Below are positions 55,994 through 64,000 of a stretch of DNA of 64,000 nucleotides, piece after piece. Made by a program: the position numbers and the translations under genes. Numbering within the stretch: position 1 is the first letter of the stretch; each line of letters begins with the position of its first letter. Source of the DNA: a virus; UHGV virus genome UHGV-0307316. One strand, given 5' to 3'. The notes beneath the pieces are model-generated. The model was not told the origin of the DNA and did not search any database. It was given only the letters and a program-made list of their open reading frames with translations.

Positions 55994-58360
55994 ATGCGCA
56001 TGGTAAATGACCACGCAGAAGTGATTAAGAGTTCAACTTCTTTAGAGACGTCTCAAGCACAGATTACAATGACACCTGAGATGTTCAGCCTTTTGAGTTC
56101 TGGTGTATATACCTTTAAAGAAAGGGCAGTGATTCGTGAACTGTCATGTAACGCAGTAGATGCTCAGAAAGAAGCTGGAAAAGAGAACATCCCATTCCAT
56201 GTGCATTTACCTACTCGTTTTGAGCCTTACTTCGAAGTTCGTGATTTTGGAACTGGATTGACTCATGATAAAGTTATGAGTTTGTACCTAAACTATGGAG
56301 CTTCTACGAAGAATGACTCTAATGACTACATTGGTGCAATGGGTATCGGCTCAAAGTCACCATTTGCAATTGCTCAGTCATTCACAGTATCTAGTTATGT
56401 TGACGGTGTTGTTAATAAGTACTCTGTTTATCTTGAGAATGGTATCCCTCAAGTAACTAAGCTGACAACTAACCAAACAAAAGAACCTAATGGTTTAGCT
56501 GTACGTGTGGCAGTTGCTGACCACCGTATCTCAAAGTTCTTTGAAGAAGCTGGGAATGTGTACTCATACTTCACTGTAAAACCAGAAAGTAATATTGAGT
56601 ACGACGATGTATTAGCAGATATGAACGTAATTGCCCGTGAAGAAGGTGTTTATGATGCCATGATTCATAAGCACAGCTGGCGTTCTAGTGATAACAGGAC
56701 AGAGTTTAATGTGGTGATGGGTAACATTGCCTATCCAGTGAACATGGAAGCGTTACTTGGTGATGATTTCTTCAAAGTCTTGCCAGAGTTTTTCCGTAGG
56801 AGCGTAGACCTTGTAAACATCTACATGCCTATTGGTTCAGTTGCTATTGCAGCTTCTCGTGAAGCATTGCAGATGAATGACACGACAAAAAATGTTATCA
56901 TTGAGGCTACTAAAAAGATAACTGAAGCAATTACAAAGGATGTTATCAAGAAAGTTAATAGCCAACCTACACTCATGGATGCTGCACAGGCTTATGCTGA
57001 GTTACGTTTGAACTCACGAGAGATGTTTAATGCTGTGTGTCCAAAGCTAGAGTGGGGTGGCGTTAAGCTTGATTCTCTGGAAGAAGAATTGCTAAACATT
57101 CGTCGTGGAATTATCTACGCAGAAGACGGCTCAGTCATTTATGAACGTGATGGTAAAGGCAATATTAAGGTTGATAGGAACGGGAACAATATACCTAAAG
57201 TAGATTATCTTTATGACCCAGTTGCTTATGTCAAGTTCAACTCTTTAGAGAGTAAGATTCGTGCAACATCGCTTTCCTACACTCAAGAGGCAAGTATGTT
57301 CAATATCTTTGGTGCAATGCGTAAAAGCCAAATTGAACAGTTTTTGTTCGTGATTAATGACCGTCGCAATAAAAATGGTACTGAGAAGACTGTAGGCCGC
57401 AATCAGATTCTGCGTGGTGCATGTCGAGACTACGCCAGTGAGTCAAGTCTGTTTCACAGATACAATGGTATTGTGTTTGTATTCTCGACTGAAAAAGAGT
57501 TAGACGACCTAATCAATCTACACAAACTTGATAAAAGCTTGTTAAAGATTGTGAAAATGTCTGATAAGGAGCACCATTACCAGCGCAAAGAAGCTGTAAG
57601 GGGTGTTGTAAAACTCTGGAAAGCTGTTCCAGCAGAAGGTGTAGCTTCCTATAAAGAGGTTTCAGAGGACTTAGACACAATTGAAGAACCTCAGCTTTAC
57701 ATTAAGGCAATTGGTGACACAGTTGATGGTGAATGTTTTTGCTCATCCCCAGAAGATGTAGCTAAGTCAGTTGCTAATGTTATTGGAAAGACAGTCTATG
57801 TTTTCCGAAAAGCAAATTGGAAAAAGATACCAGAAGACTGGATTGAAGTAGATGAGAAGCTCTTGAACGACAGCTTAACTGATGTTCATTGGATTAATCA
57901 TAACAGGTATACGACACGCATCTACATGAATGGTGTTCTTGACCTTACAAGTAGCTGGATTATTGCCAGAAACTTTACGTTCAATAACAGGAAGATTTCT
58001 CGTGGCTATTGCTATTCACGGGATACAAACAAAACTATCTTCCTAGAAGGTAATGAAGAGGCTGTAGAGGCAATGTTTGGTAAAATCCAGTATGTTGCTG
58101 CACCATTTGCATACACTTACACTATTAGTGTGTTGAAAACTTTGAAAGATTGTCTTGACAACGATACAAAGCTTTACAAGAAAATTAAGAAAGCTGGTGA
58201 CCGTATGGTTATTAAGGTGACAAACTACCTTTCAAAAAGAAAACAAGAAAACTTCTTGCTTTCTCATTTAGATTGGAATAAAGTGTCACCCATCGAAGTG
58301 AGTAAGTTCTTAGGTTTTGATGTGAAGTGTGTTCCAGAAGGAACTACAGTTTACGATTAA
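55994..58360 (+). CDS. rIIA-like protein with N-terminal GHKL-type ATPase domain
   Basis: Bergerat-fold motifs: N-box ELSCNAVDA (ExxxNAxDA), G1 box DFGTGLT, G2 box GAMGIGSKS; ~790 aa as for rIIA-family proteins. Confidence 0.5.
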   Translation: MRMVNDHAEVIKSSTSLETSQAQITMTPEMFSLLSSGVYTFKERAVIRELSCNAVDAQKEAGKENIPFHVHLPTRFEPYFEVRDFGTGLTHDKVMSLYLNYGASTKNDSNDYIGAMGIGSKSPFAIAQSFTVSSYVDGVVNKYSVYLENGIPQVTKLTTNQTKEPNGLAVRVAVADHRISKFFEEAGNVYSYFTVKPESNIEYDDVLADMNVIAREEGVYDAMIHKHSWRSSDNRTEFNVVMGNIAYPVNMEALLGDDFFKVLPEFFRRSVDLVNIYMPIGSVAIAASREALQMNDTTKNVIIEATKKITEAITKDVIKKVNSQPTLMDAAQAYAELRLNSREMFNAVCPKLEWGGVKLDSLEEELLNIRRGIIYAEDGSVIYERDGKGNIKVDRNGNNIPKVDYLYDPVAYVKFNSLESKIRATSLSYTQEASMFNIFGAMRKSQIEQFLFVINDRRNKNGTEKTVGRNQILRGACRDYASESSLFHRYNGIVFVFSTEKELDDLINLHKLDKSLLKIVKMSDKEHHYQRKEAVRGVVKLWKAVPAEGVASYKEVSEDLDTIEEPQLYIKAIGDTVDGECFCSSPEDVAKSVANVIGKTVYVFRKANWKKIPEDWIEVDEKLLNDSLTDVHWINHNRYTTRIYMNGVLDLTSSWIIARNFTFNNRKISRGYCYSRDTNKTIFLEGNEEAVEAMFGKIQYVAAPFAYTYTISVLKTLKDCLDNDTKLYKKIKKAGDRMVIKVTNYLSKRKQENFLLSHLDWNKVSPIEVSKFLGFDVKCVPEGTTVYD

Positions 58361-58365
58361 AGTGT

Positions 58366-58395
58366 TTGACAAGGGGCTTCAAAGCCCCTTAGAAT
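58366..58395 (+). promoter_or_regulatory. Sigma70-like promoter with terminator-like hairpin in the spacer
   Basis: TTGACAAG (58366-58373), 18-nt spacer containing palindrome AGGGGCTTCAAAGCCCCT, TAGAAT (58390-58395). Confidence 0.45.
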
Positions 58396-58439
58396 ATCCT
58401 CACAAAATGATTTATTAACTAACAAGAGAGAGTAATAAG

Positions 58440-59549
58440 ATGACTACTAAAACTAAAGCACAGATTGACGCAGAAATTTACAAACTGGTTAAAGAAGGTA
58501 AGCTGACTAAAACAGCTATTGCACAGAAATTTAATACTTCAACCCGTTCAGTCGGTCGTGCTGTAGAGCGTCATGAAGCAACATTAAAAGGGAATAAGAA
58601 GGTAACTTCTACACCAGCTACGAAGACTTTGAAGCAAGTTGCTAAGACCTTTAAAAAGAAAGCTGACAAACCAGTTGAAAAGGTTGTTAAAGATTCTGTA
58701 CAGAAAGCTCCAGTAAATAAACTGCACGAAGCTATGCAGAAAGATGACAAGATTGAGTACATGATTACTGGCGACTCTGTAATTATGACTTACGGTTCAG
58801 AATCTGAAATTGTTGAGTCTACTCATCCGAACTATCAAGAGATTGTAGTTCATGTTGTGAAAGGTGAGTTCAAGAAAGCCTTTGAACTGATGAACATTCG
58901 TAAGTCTATCGAAAACTTCACGCAGGGAGCTATCACAATCAAAGGTGATAAGCTATTCTACGGTGCTGTTGAGATGCGTTCTACTCTGGTTGACCGTATC
59001 CTTCACATGATGAAGACTGGTGATAAAGGTTTTGAACGACTTGTAATGTTCTTCGAAAAACTGATGGAAAACCCATCTAAAGATTCTGTAGAACAACTTT
59101 GGGGATTCATATCTCACCTTGATGTTGAAATTGATGAAGAAGGCTACATCATTGGTTGGAAGAAAGTCTCTACTCGTGAAGGCAAGCTGGTTGACTCCCG
59201 CACCTGCAAAGTACCTAATGATTTGGGTAACATTGTAGAAATGCCACGTTGGATGGTTGATAATAACCGTAACGTGACTTGCTCTCAAGGTCTTCACGTT
59301 GGTGCTTGGGATTATGTTCGTTACTTCTCAGGTGATACAATTCTGAAGGTTCGTGTCCATCCACGAGACGTTGTATCCGTACCAACTGATTACAACGATA
59401 TGAAGATGCGCTCGTCTCGTTATGAAGTTGCAGCAATCGTTGATAATCAACGTAAAGTACTGAAAGCATGGGATGGCAAGACTGAAGCTTTGCATGTCAT
59501 CGTTGGCACTGCTGGTGAACTTATCTCTGAGCGTAAACGTGAAATCTAA
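58440..59549 (+). CDS. Putative rIIB-like protein (by position after rIIA-like gene)
   Basis: 369 aa ORF immediately after rIIA-like gene; Lys-rich N-terminus; no diagnostic motif. Confidence 0.3.
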   Translation: MTTKTKAQIDAEIYKLVKEGKLTKTAIAQKFNTSTRSVGRAVERHEATLKGNKKVTSTPATKTLKQVAKTFKKKADKPVEKVVKDSVQKAPVNKLHEAMQKDDKIEYMITGDSVIMTYGSESEIVESTHPNYQEIVVHVVKGEFKKAFELMNIRKSIENFTQGAITIKGDKLFYGAVEMRSTLVDRILHMMKTGDKGFERLVMFFEKLMENPSKDSVEQLWGFISHLDVEIDEEGYIIGWKKVSTREGKLVDSRTCKVPNDLGNIVEMPRWMVDNNRNVTCSQGLHVGAWDYVRYFSGDTILKVRVHPRDVVSVPTDYNDMKMRSSRYEVAAIVDNQRKVLKAWDGKTEALHVIVGTAGELISERKREI

Positions 59550-59566
59550 TAAGTAATTTCTTAAAA

Positions 59567-59588
59567 GGCTGCTTCGGCGGCCTTTTTT
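59567..59588 (+). terminator. Rho-independent terminator (UUCG tetraloop family)
   Basis: GGCTGC-TTCG-GCGGCC followed by TTTTTT. Confidence 0.6.
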
Positions 59589-59649
59589 ATTTGTATTTTG
59601 TGCAGAGTGCTGTATAATTGTTGTCACGATAAACTAAACAGGAGAACCA

Positions 59650-60198
59650 ATGAAGAAATTGATTCTAGGTTTGTGCTTAATGTTTACAGCACACTTATCT
59701 TATGCAGTTGACTGCCCAGAGCTATCAATTAGCCAAAAAGTAAACATGTTAAAAGCTTACCAGTATGGTGAGAACAACATGGGTAAAGGTTGGGGTATCA
59801 CTCTAGCTGCTATAGCCTTACAAGAGTCAGAGTTAGGTCTGAAGGTAGAGAATAAAAAGACACATGATTATGGTATTTTCCAGAATCACTTGAAGACTGT
59901 TGTAAAGCGTAACAAAATTAGTCCTAATATGGCTAAAAAGAAACTCTTAAAAGACTTTAACTATGCTGCGAAGGAAACTCACAAAGAGCTTGAGTTTTGG
60001 ACAAAGGTGCATGGTCAGCCAAAGTCAAAGAAGACTTTACAAAAAGTTTTAGCATCATATAATGCTGGGTATTCGTACAAAATCCCTAAAGCTAAGAAAT
60101 ATTCTCAAGATGTCTATAACAACATGAAAGTCATTGCTCAATGTGAATTTGCAACAAACATTTCTAAGGTAAACCATGAAAAAATTAAAAAAGTCTGA
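59650..60198 (+). CDS. Lytic transglycosylase (SLT domain) with signal peptide; candidate endolysin
   Basis: Signal peptide MKKLILGLCLMFTAHLSYA; SLT motifs QESEL (ES), DYGIFQ (GLMQ-like), SYNAGYS (AYNxG). Confidence 0.7.
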   Translation: MKKLILGLCLMFTAHLSYAVDCPELSISQKVNMLKAYQYGENNMGKGWGITLAAIALQESELGLKVENKKTHDYGIFQNHLKTVVKRNKISPNMAKKKLLKDFNYAAKETHKELEFWTKVHGQPKSKKTLQKVLASYNAGYSYKIPKAKKYSQDVYNNMKVIAQCEFATNISKVNHEKIKKV

Positions 60199-60871
60199 TG
60201 AAGTACTGTGTCATGCTTACGACTTACATCCTCATGAGTTAGGTCTTGATTCCTGTGTATGGACTCCAGAACAGTGTAGGGATTTTGAAGACACTGCAAG
60301 AGAAGTTGTATGCTCACTCGAAGAGTTCCACACATCAGAGCCAATTGTGAATGTTGTAGATAAAGAGACTGGACAAACTATAGGTGTAAGTCGTGATAGC
60401 TTAGTCATAGTCAATAAAGACCTTGTAGAAAAAGGTAACCTCATCTTAGCAGATATTGATGGTGTTCTTACAAATTTTAATCACGAAGATTGCTCAACGG
60501 AATTGACTGATGGGTCATTCTCACAGTACACTAATCTTCTTGACTCTGTAAGAGCAAAACCAACGTATGTCTTTAGTATTATTGATGCAATTGCTAATCA
60601 TGCTGCCATTGGACTCTTGACAGCGAGAGGTGAATCTCAGAGAATACCTACTGAGATGTTTTTAAGGCACAATATAGAGCATGATTACTTGCTTTTTATG
60701 CGTGGTTTTGGAACTAACTCTATAAGTGCAGAAAGTTTGAAAGTGAGGATGATTCAGTCTTGCATTCTTCCTTACTTTAATATAGTATGTTTTATAGAAG
60801 ATACAGAGAAGAATGTTCAGAAGGTAAACAGAATCCTTCCACACATTAAAACCATGTTAGTTAAACACTGA
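60176..60871 (+). CDS. HAD-like hydrolase domain protein (putative phosphatase)
   Basis: HAD motif I-like LILADIDGVLT, motif II-like LLTARGE, acidic motif CFIEDTEKN; N-terminal extension unusual. Confidence 0.35.
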   Translation: MKKLKKSDEVLCHAYDLHPHELGLDSCVWTPEQCRDFEDTAREVVCSLEEFHTSEPIVNVVDKETGQTIGVSRDSLVIVNKDLVEKGNLILADIDGVLTNFNHEDCSTELTDGSFSQYTNLLDSVRAKPTYVFSIIDAIANHAAIGLLTARGESQRIPTEMFLRHNIEHDYLLFMRGFGTNSISAESLKVRMIQSCILPYFNIVCFIEDTEKNVQKVNRILPHIKTMLVKH

Positions 60872-60880
60872 GAGAAACTT

Positions 60881-61345
60881 ATGAACAATATCATTACGGT
60901 AGCACTGGACGTTACAGCAAACAAATCTGAAGTAGTTCGTAACATTATCAAGAGCAACTTTGAAGGTAAAATCTTCCGTGCTGTCAATGTAAAAGCAGAC
61001 GGTAACATCCGGGAGTATCGTGCTCTTCTGAATGTTAAGAAACACGTAAAAGGTGCTGGTTCAACGACTGCACACAAAGAAAACCTGATGACTATCTATG
61101 ATATGGGTATGGCTTCAGAGTTAGGTACTGAAGGTATCGTTAAAGAAGGTGCTCCGTATCGCTCTTTCAATCTGGAAACTGCTCTTATGCTTTCCTTTAC
61201 AAGTGGTTCTAAAACAACTACTTATCTCTTTACTGATGCTGCAACGGTATCTGCTATCAAGGATAGCACCGTCAAAGCTGGGGTAGCTGCTGCTGCAAAA
61301 GCTTCTTCGATGGCTGCAAATGTCCTTGCTAAAGTCCTCGGTTAA
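60881..61345 (+). CDS. Hypothetical protein
   Basis: 154 aa ORF. Confidence 0.3.
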   Translation: MNNIITVALDVTANKSEVVRNIIKSNFEGKIFRAVNVKADGNIREYRALLNVKKHVKGAGSTTAHKENLMTIYDMGMASELGTEGIVKEGAPYRSFNLETALMLSFTSGSKTTTYLFTDAATVSAIKDSTVKAGVAAAAKASSMAANVLAKVLG

Positions 61346-61357
61346 GGTTAAGATACA

Positions 61358-61380
61358 GGCTCCTTCGGGAGCCTTTTTCA
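61358..61380 (+). terminator. Rho-independent terminator (UUCG tetraloop family)
   Basis: AGGCTCC-TTCG-GGAGCCT followed by TTTTT. Confidence 0.6.
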
Positions 61381-61397
61381 TTTCAGGAGATTGTTAA

Positions 61398-61745
61398 ATG
61401 ACATTTAAAGAGTTCTGTCAAGCTACTTTCATAATTGTTTTCTTAGTTGGGGCAGGTGTCTGGGGAGGATACTCTTACAGAGACTATCAAGTTGCTGAAG
61501 TTGAGCTAAATAATGAGAAACTAATAAGTGTTGCCAAAGATGCTTATCAGGAAGGTTTAGCCACACTGAGCACCAATTACAAAAATGATTTGAAAGATGT
61601 GCTTGCTAAGAATAAGCATACAAAAGAGGTACTAACGTATGAAAAGACTAAGCCAGAGTTTTATAATGTTTGTGTTACTGATAATTATGTCAGGGTGTTC
61701 AACGAACAAAGTGAGCAGTACATTCAAAAACTCCCAAGTAAGTGA
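61398..61745 (+). CDS. i-spanin (Rz-like, putative)
   Basis: N-terminal TM helix (FIIVFLVGAGVWGGY) then coiled-coil periplasmic domain; lipoprotein ORF begins inside its 3' end. Confidence 0.5.
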   Translation: MTFKEFCQATFIIVFLVGAGVWGGYSYRDYQVAEVELNNEKLISVAKDAYQEGLATLSTNYKNDLKDVLAKNKHTKEVLTYEKTKPEFYNVCVTDNYVRVFNEQSEQYIQKLPSK

Positions 61746-61908
61746 GAGTGATAAGTACACTCAAGAAGAATCACGGTATATCATCAAAGGCAACACAGGC
61801 AGCGATGTAGCAGCAGCCCTTGAGTTCTATCGTGACGGCTTTTACCAGTGCACAATCAAAGCTAACAACCTTATTGACATGATTTTATTAGGGAATAAGC
61901 AGCAATGA
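61639..61908 (+). CDS. o-spanin (Rz1-like lipoprotein, putative), overlapping the i-spanin gene out of frame
   Basis: Signal peptide with lipobox (LLIIMSGC); starts within 61398-61745 in a different frame. Confidence 0.5.
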   Translation: MKRLSQSFIMFVLLIIMSGCSTNKVSSTFKNSQVSESDKYTQEESRYIIKGNTGSDVAAALEFYRDGFYQCTIKANNLIDMILLGNKQQ

Positions 61909-62174
61909 CAGAGAATCAAGATACTTTTTACGTAGAAGGGTACTTACTGTTACCACGACCAAAAGAGACTTATATGCGAATTGATTTCTCACCAACCATT
62001 ATGGATAATGTGATGTGCCATATCTTTATGCAAGGTGTCACAGCACAGCTTAAACATGTTGGTAAAGAGTGCAAAATAAAGGTTGACACTCATCCAGAAA
62101 TCAAAGAGAATCACTACACATGGTTCTTACCAGATTCTAAAGAAATCTTAGCAGTTCTTAAAACGAGGAAGTAA
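61905..62174 (+). CDS. Hypothetical protein
   Basis: 89 aa ORF. Confidence 0.3.
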   Translation: MTENQDTFYVEGYLLLPRPKETYMRIDFSPTIMDNVMCHIFMQGVTAQLKHVGKECKIKVDTHPEIKENHYTWFLPDSKEILAVLKTRK

Positions 62175-62176
62175 CT

Positions 62177-62500
62177 ATGCAGATTAATGGAAGAGACTTT
62201 GTAGCCATTTACTATGAGAAAGGTAAAGAAGTTGGCGTAGCACAAGTATCTTATGGCAATGGTAAGTGGCTATATGGAACAATCGCAGTAGTAGGAACAA
62301 GAAGTGATACAAAAACCTTTAAAGATTGTGTTGACCTTCTTGAAGAATCCATCCAGAATCATTGGTGTCTGATATGGATGACTGATAACGAAGTGATGGA
62401 GCGTTTCAAAAAGATTGATATCAACATTGACAGTATTGAGCATGTTGATTTATATGAACTAACCGAAAAGGTAAGCTATGAAAGCTCTAGAGGTAATTGA
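62177..62500 (+). CDS. Hypothetical protein
   Basis: 107 aa ORF. Confidence 0.3.
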   Translation: MQINGRDFVAIYYEKGKEVGVAQVSYGNGKWLYGTIAVVGTRSDTKTFKDCVDLLEESIQNHWCLIWMTDNEVMERFKKIDINIDSIEHVDLYELTEKVSYESSRGN

Positions 62501-62705
62501 TAAAGACACTGGAGAAGTTACATCAGCATGTGTTTTCGTTAGTAACGACACAGTGATACCATTTTACAATCTCGATAGTTTTAGTTTTACAGGGATAACT
62601 CCAGAAGAATACTTTGAAGACCTCACCTTTGCCAGAATCTCTATAGACACATTCTATAAATGCTTCTATGATGAAGGTAAAGAATTACGAGAAACTGAAC
62701 TATAA
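62478..62705 (+). CDS. Hypothetical protein
   Basis: 75 aa ORF. Confidence 0.3.
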   Translation: MKALEVIDKDTGEVTSACVFVSNDTVIPFYNLDSFSFTGITPEEYFEDLTFARISIDTFYKCFYDEGKELRETEL

Positions 62706-62717
62706 GGTATATATTAT

Positions 62718-62918
62718 ATGGCTGACTTCTGTAAAGACTGTTCTATCGAAATGTTCGGACGTGATACAGGTGACTTAAAAGGTCTTATCACTGAAGATGA
62801 CTTTAAAGCTGGTTATGCAATGCCAGTAATCTGTGAAGGTTGTGGGTGTATCTGGGTAGACCATGAAGGGCAACGTGTAAAACCTTCAGAAGATAAAGAA
62901 TCTTGGGAGAGATGCTAA
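62718..62918 (+). CDS. Zinc-ribbon small protein (hypothetical)
   Basis: CKDC ... CEGCGC cysteine pairs. Confidence 0.3.
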   Translation: MADFCKDCSIEMFGRDTGDLKGLITEDDFKAGYAMPVICEGCGCIWVDHEGQRVKPSEDKESWERC

Positions 62919-63704
62919 ATGGGTATTGTAAAAATCATCAATGGTGATATCTTTGCTGCATTTGATAAAGGTAAGTTTGACATCATTGGTCATGGTTGTA
63001 ACTGCATGAACCTAATGGGCGCAGGTATCGCTGACAAGATTTCTAAACTTTACCCAAAAGCATATGAGACCGATACAGAAGTTTATCTCTATGCAGGTGG
63101 TATAGGTCACAAACCCTGTGAGAATTTACTAGGTAATTTCTCTGTAGCACGCTTAAAACAAGGTCGTATAGCTAACCTTTACACTCAGCTTAAGACTGGT
63201 AAAGATGCCCGATACAGTGCTTTAGAGTCATCTTTGAAGCAACTTAACAGATACTGTGAAGTTAATCAGTTGAAGAAAGTTGGTTTACCTATGATTGGTG
63301 CAGGTATCGGTGGACTTGACCCTCAAGCCGTCACAGTTATCATCAATCAGGTGATGAAGAGTGTAGATGTTTATCTATATGTCTATGAAGGAGAGATGTA
63401 CCACAAGTTACTCTCAGGTTGGAAGAACTACTGTGAACCAGAATACTTTGCAGGTGTAGCAGTGTTCACAGATAACGCAGTTACCCTCTTCAGACGAAGA
63501 AAAGGTAAGATACATCAAAGTAACCCTCCGGTTGAAAAGATGTCTCTAAGTAACGCTCTAGTTACCCACCTGTCAAAGAGCAATCACAGAATTGCTGTAA
63601 CATTTGGTAGTGATGCAGAAGCTTATATCTATGCAAGAACTGATGAGGATATTGAGGCAATCTTCTCTTCACCAGAAGTTACCTTCTTAGACGCAAAGAA
63701 CTAA
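62919..63704 (+). CDS. Macro-domain protein (TARG1/DarG-like ADP-ribosyl hydrolase, putative) with C-terminal unknown domain
   Basis: N-terminal 140 aa resemble TARG1-type macro domains: GDIF...IGHGCNCMNLMGAGIA and GLPMIGAGIGGLD. Confidence 0.5.
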   Translation: MGIVKIINGDIFAAFDKGKFDIIGHGCNCMNLMGAGIADKISKLYPKAYETDTEVYLYAGGIGHKPCENLLGNFSVARLKQGRIANLYTQLKTGKDARYSALESSLKQLNRYCEVNQLKKVGLPMIGAGIGGLDPQAVTVIINQVMKSVDVYLYVYEGEMYHKLLSGWKNYCEPEYFAGVAVFTDNAVTLFRRRKGKIHQSNPPVEKMSLSNALVTHLSKSNHRIAVTFGSDAEAYIYARTDEDIEAIFSSPEVTFLDAKN

Positions 63705-63750
63705 GAAACTCTGTAGGATATTCACAATAGCCTAAGCCTTTCTTATCTGG

Positions 63751-63960
63751 TAAATTTTTCAGGTAAGGAGGGCTTTTTCATTTCAGATTTGTGCAGGTAG
63801 AGTTCTGTAGAGAAATCTATAGAGAAAATTTTGAACTCCAAAGAGAAAATTCATTTTCAAACTGTGCAGGTAATCTCCAAAGAGCTTTTTCATTTTCAAA
63901 ACGTGCAGACCCCGCTCAGGTCGGGCAAGAAAAATCATTTTAGAATTGTGCAGGTAGGTT
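63751..63960 (+). repeat. Array of four direct repeats TCATTTTCA(A/G)A-N2-3-TGTGCAG(G)TA in terminal intergenic tract
   Basis: GTGCAG at 63791, 63864, 63903, 63947, each preceded by (T)TCATTT(T)CA(G/A)A; related TTTTGTGCAGAG at ~59596. Confidence 0.6.
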
Positions 63961-64000
63961 TTTATAGACAGCCAGCCCAACCCCTCTCCCCCTCTTACTC

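Noticed and set aside
63751-63960. Possible CRISPR array at the window end
   Set aside because: Only four ~22-bp imperfect repeats with irregular spacing (73, 39, 44 bp); not CRISPR-like.

Overview
This window looks like about 64 kb of a virulent, AT-rich tailed phage of a Gram-negative host, with a contractile-tail (myovirus-type) structural module and a T7-like replisome. All calls rest on reading motifs in the supplied ORF translations and the raw sequence; no database search was possible. Gene order falls into three strand blocks. Block 1 (1-23359, + strand): large terminase (5' end outside the window), portal, S49-type prohead protease/scaffold, major capsid protein, neck proteins, putative sheath and tube, tail chaperone with a TTTTTTC -1 frameshift site, tape measure protein carrying a perfect 93-bp tandem duplication, a P2/Mu-like baseplate set, and two tail fibers sharing a His-X-His-rich C-terminal module. 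Block 2 (23396-34321, - strand): thymidylate synthase, DHFR, small unknown genes including an HTH regulator and two exported proteins, ATP-dependent DNA ligase, an HNH-AP2 endonuclease abutting a family-A DNA polymerase, and two paralogous intergenic repeat modules bracketing a two-gene cassette. Block 3 (34549-63704, + strand): T4 gp1-like dNMP kinase, T7 gp4-like primase-helicase, SSB-like protein, T7 gp6-like exonuclease, NrdA/NrdB/glutaredoxin, NrdD/NrdG, further nuclease-like genes, an adjacent Prs-like + NadV-like pair, an rIIA-like GHKL ATPase, an SLT-type transglycosylase, overlapping spanins, and a TARG1/DarG-like macro-domain protein. The window ends in an intergenic tract of direct repeats. 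No rRNA, tRNA, CRISPR array, integrase or phage RNA polymerase was recognised. The leading candidate for a notable system is the Prs-like/NadV-like pair (52693-55418), read as a NARP1-type NAD+ reconstitution pathway; the repeat-bracketed cassette (26990-28790) and the macro-domain gene are the next most interesting.
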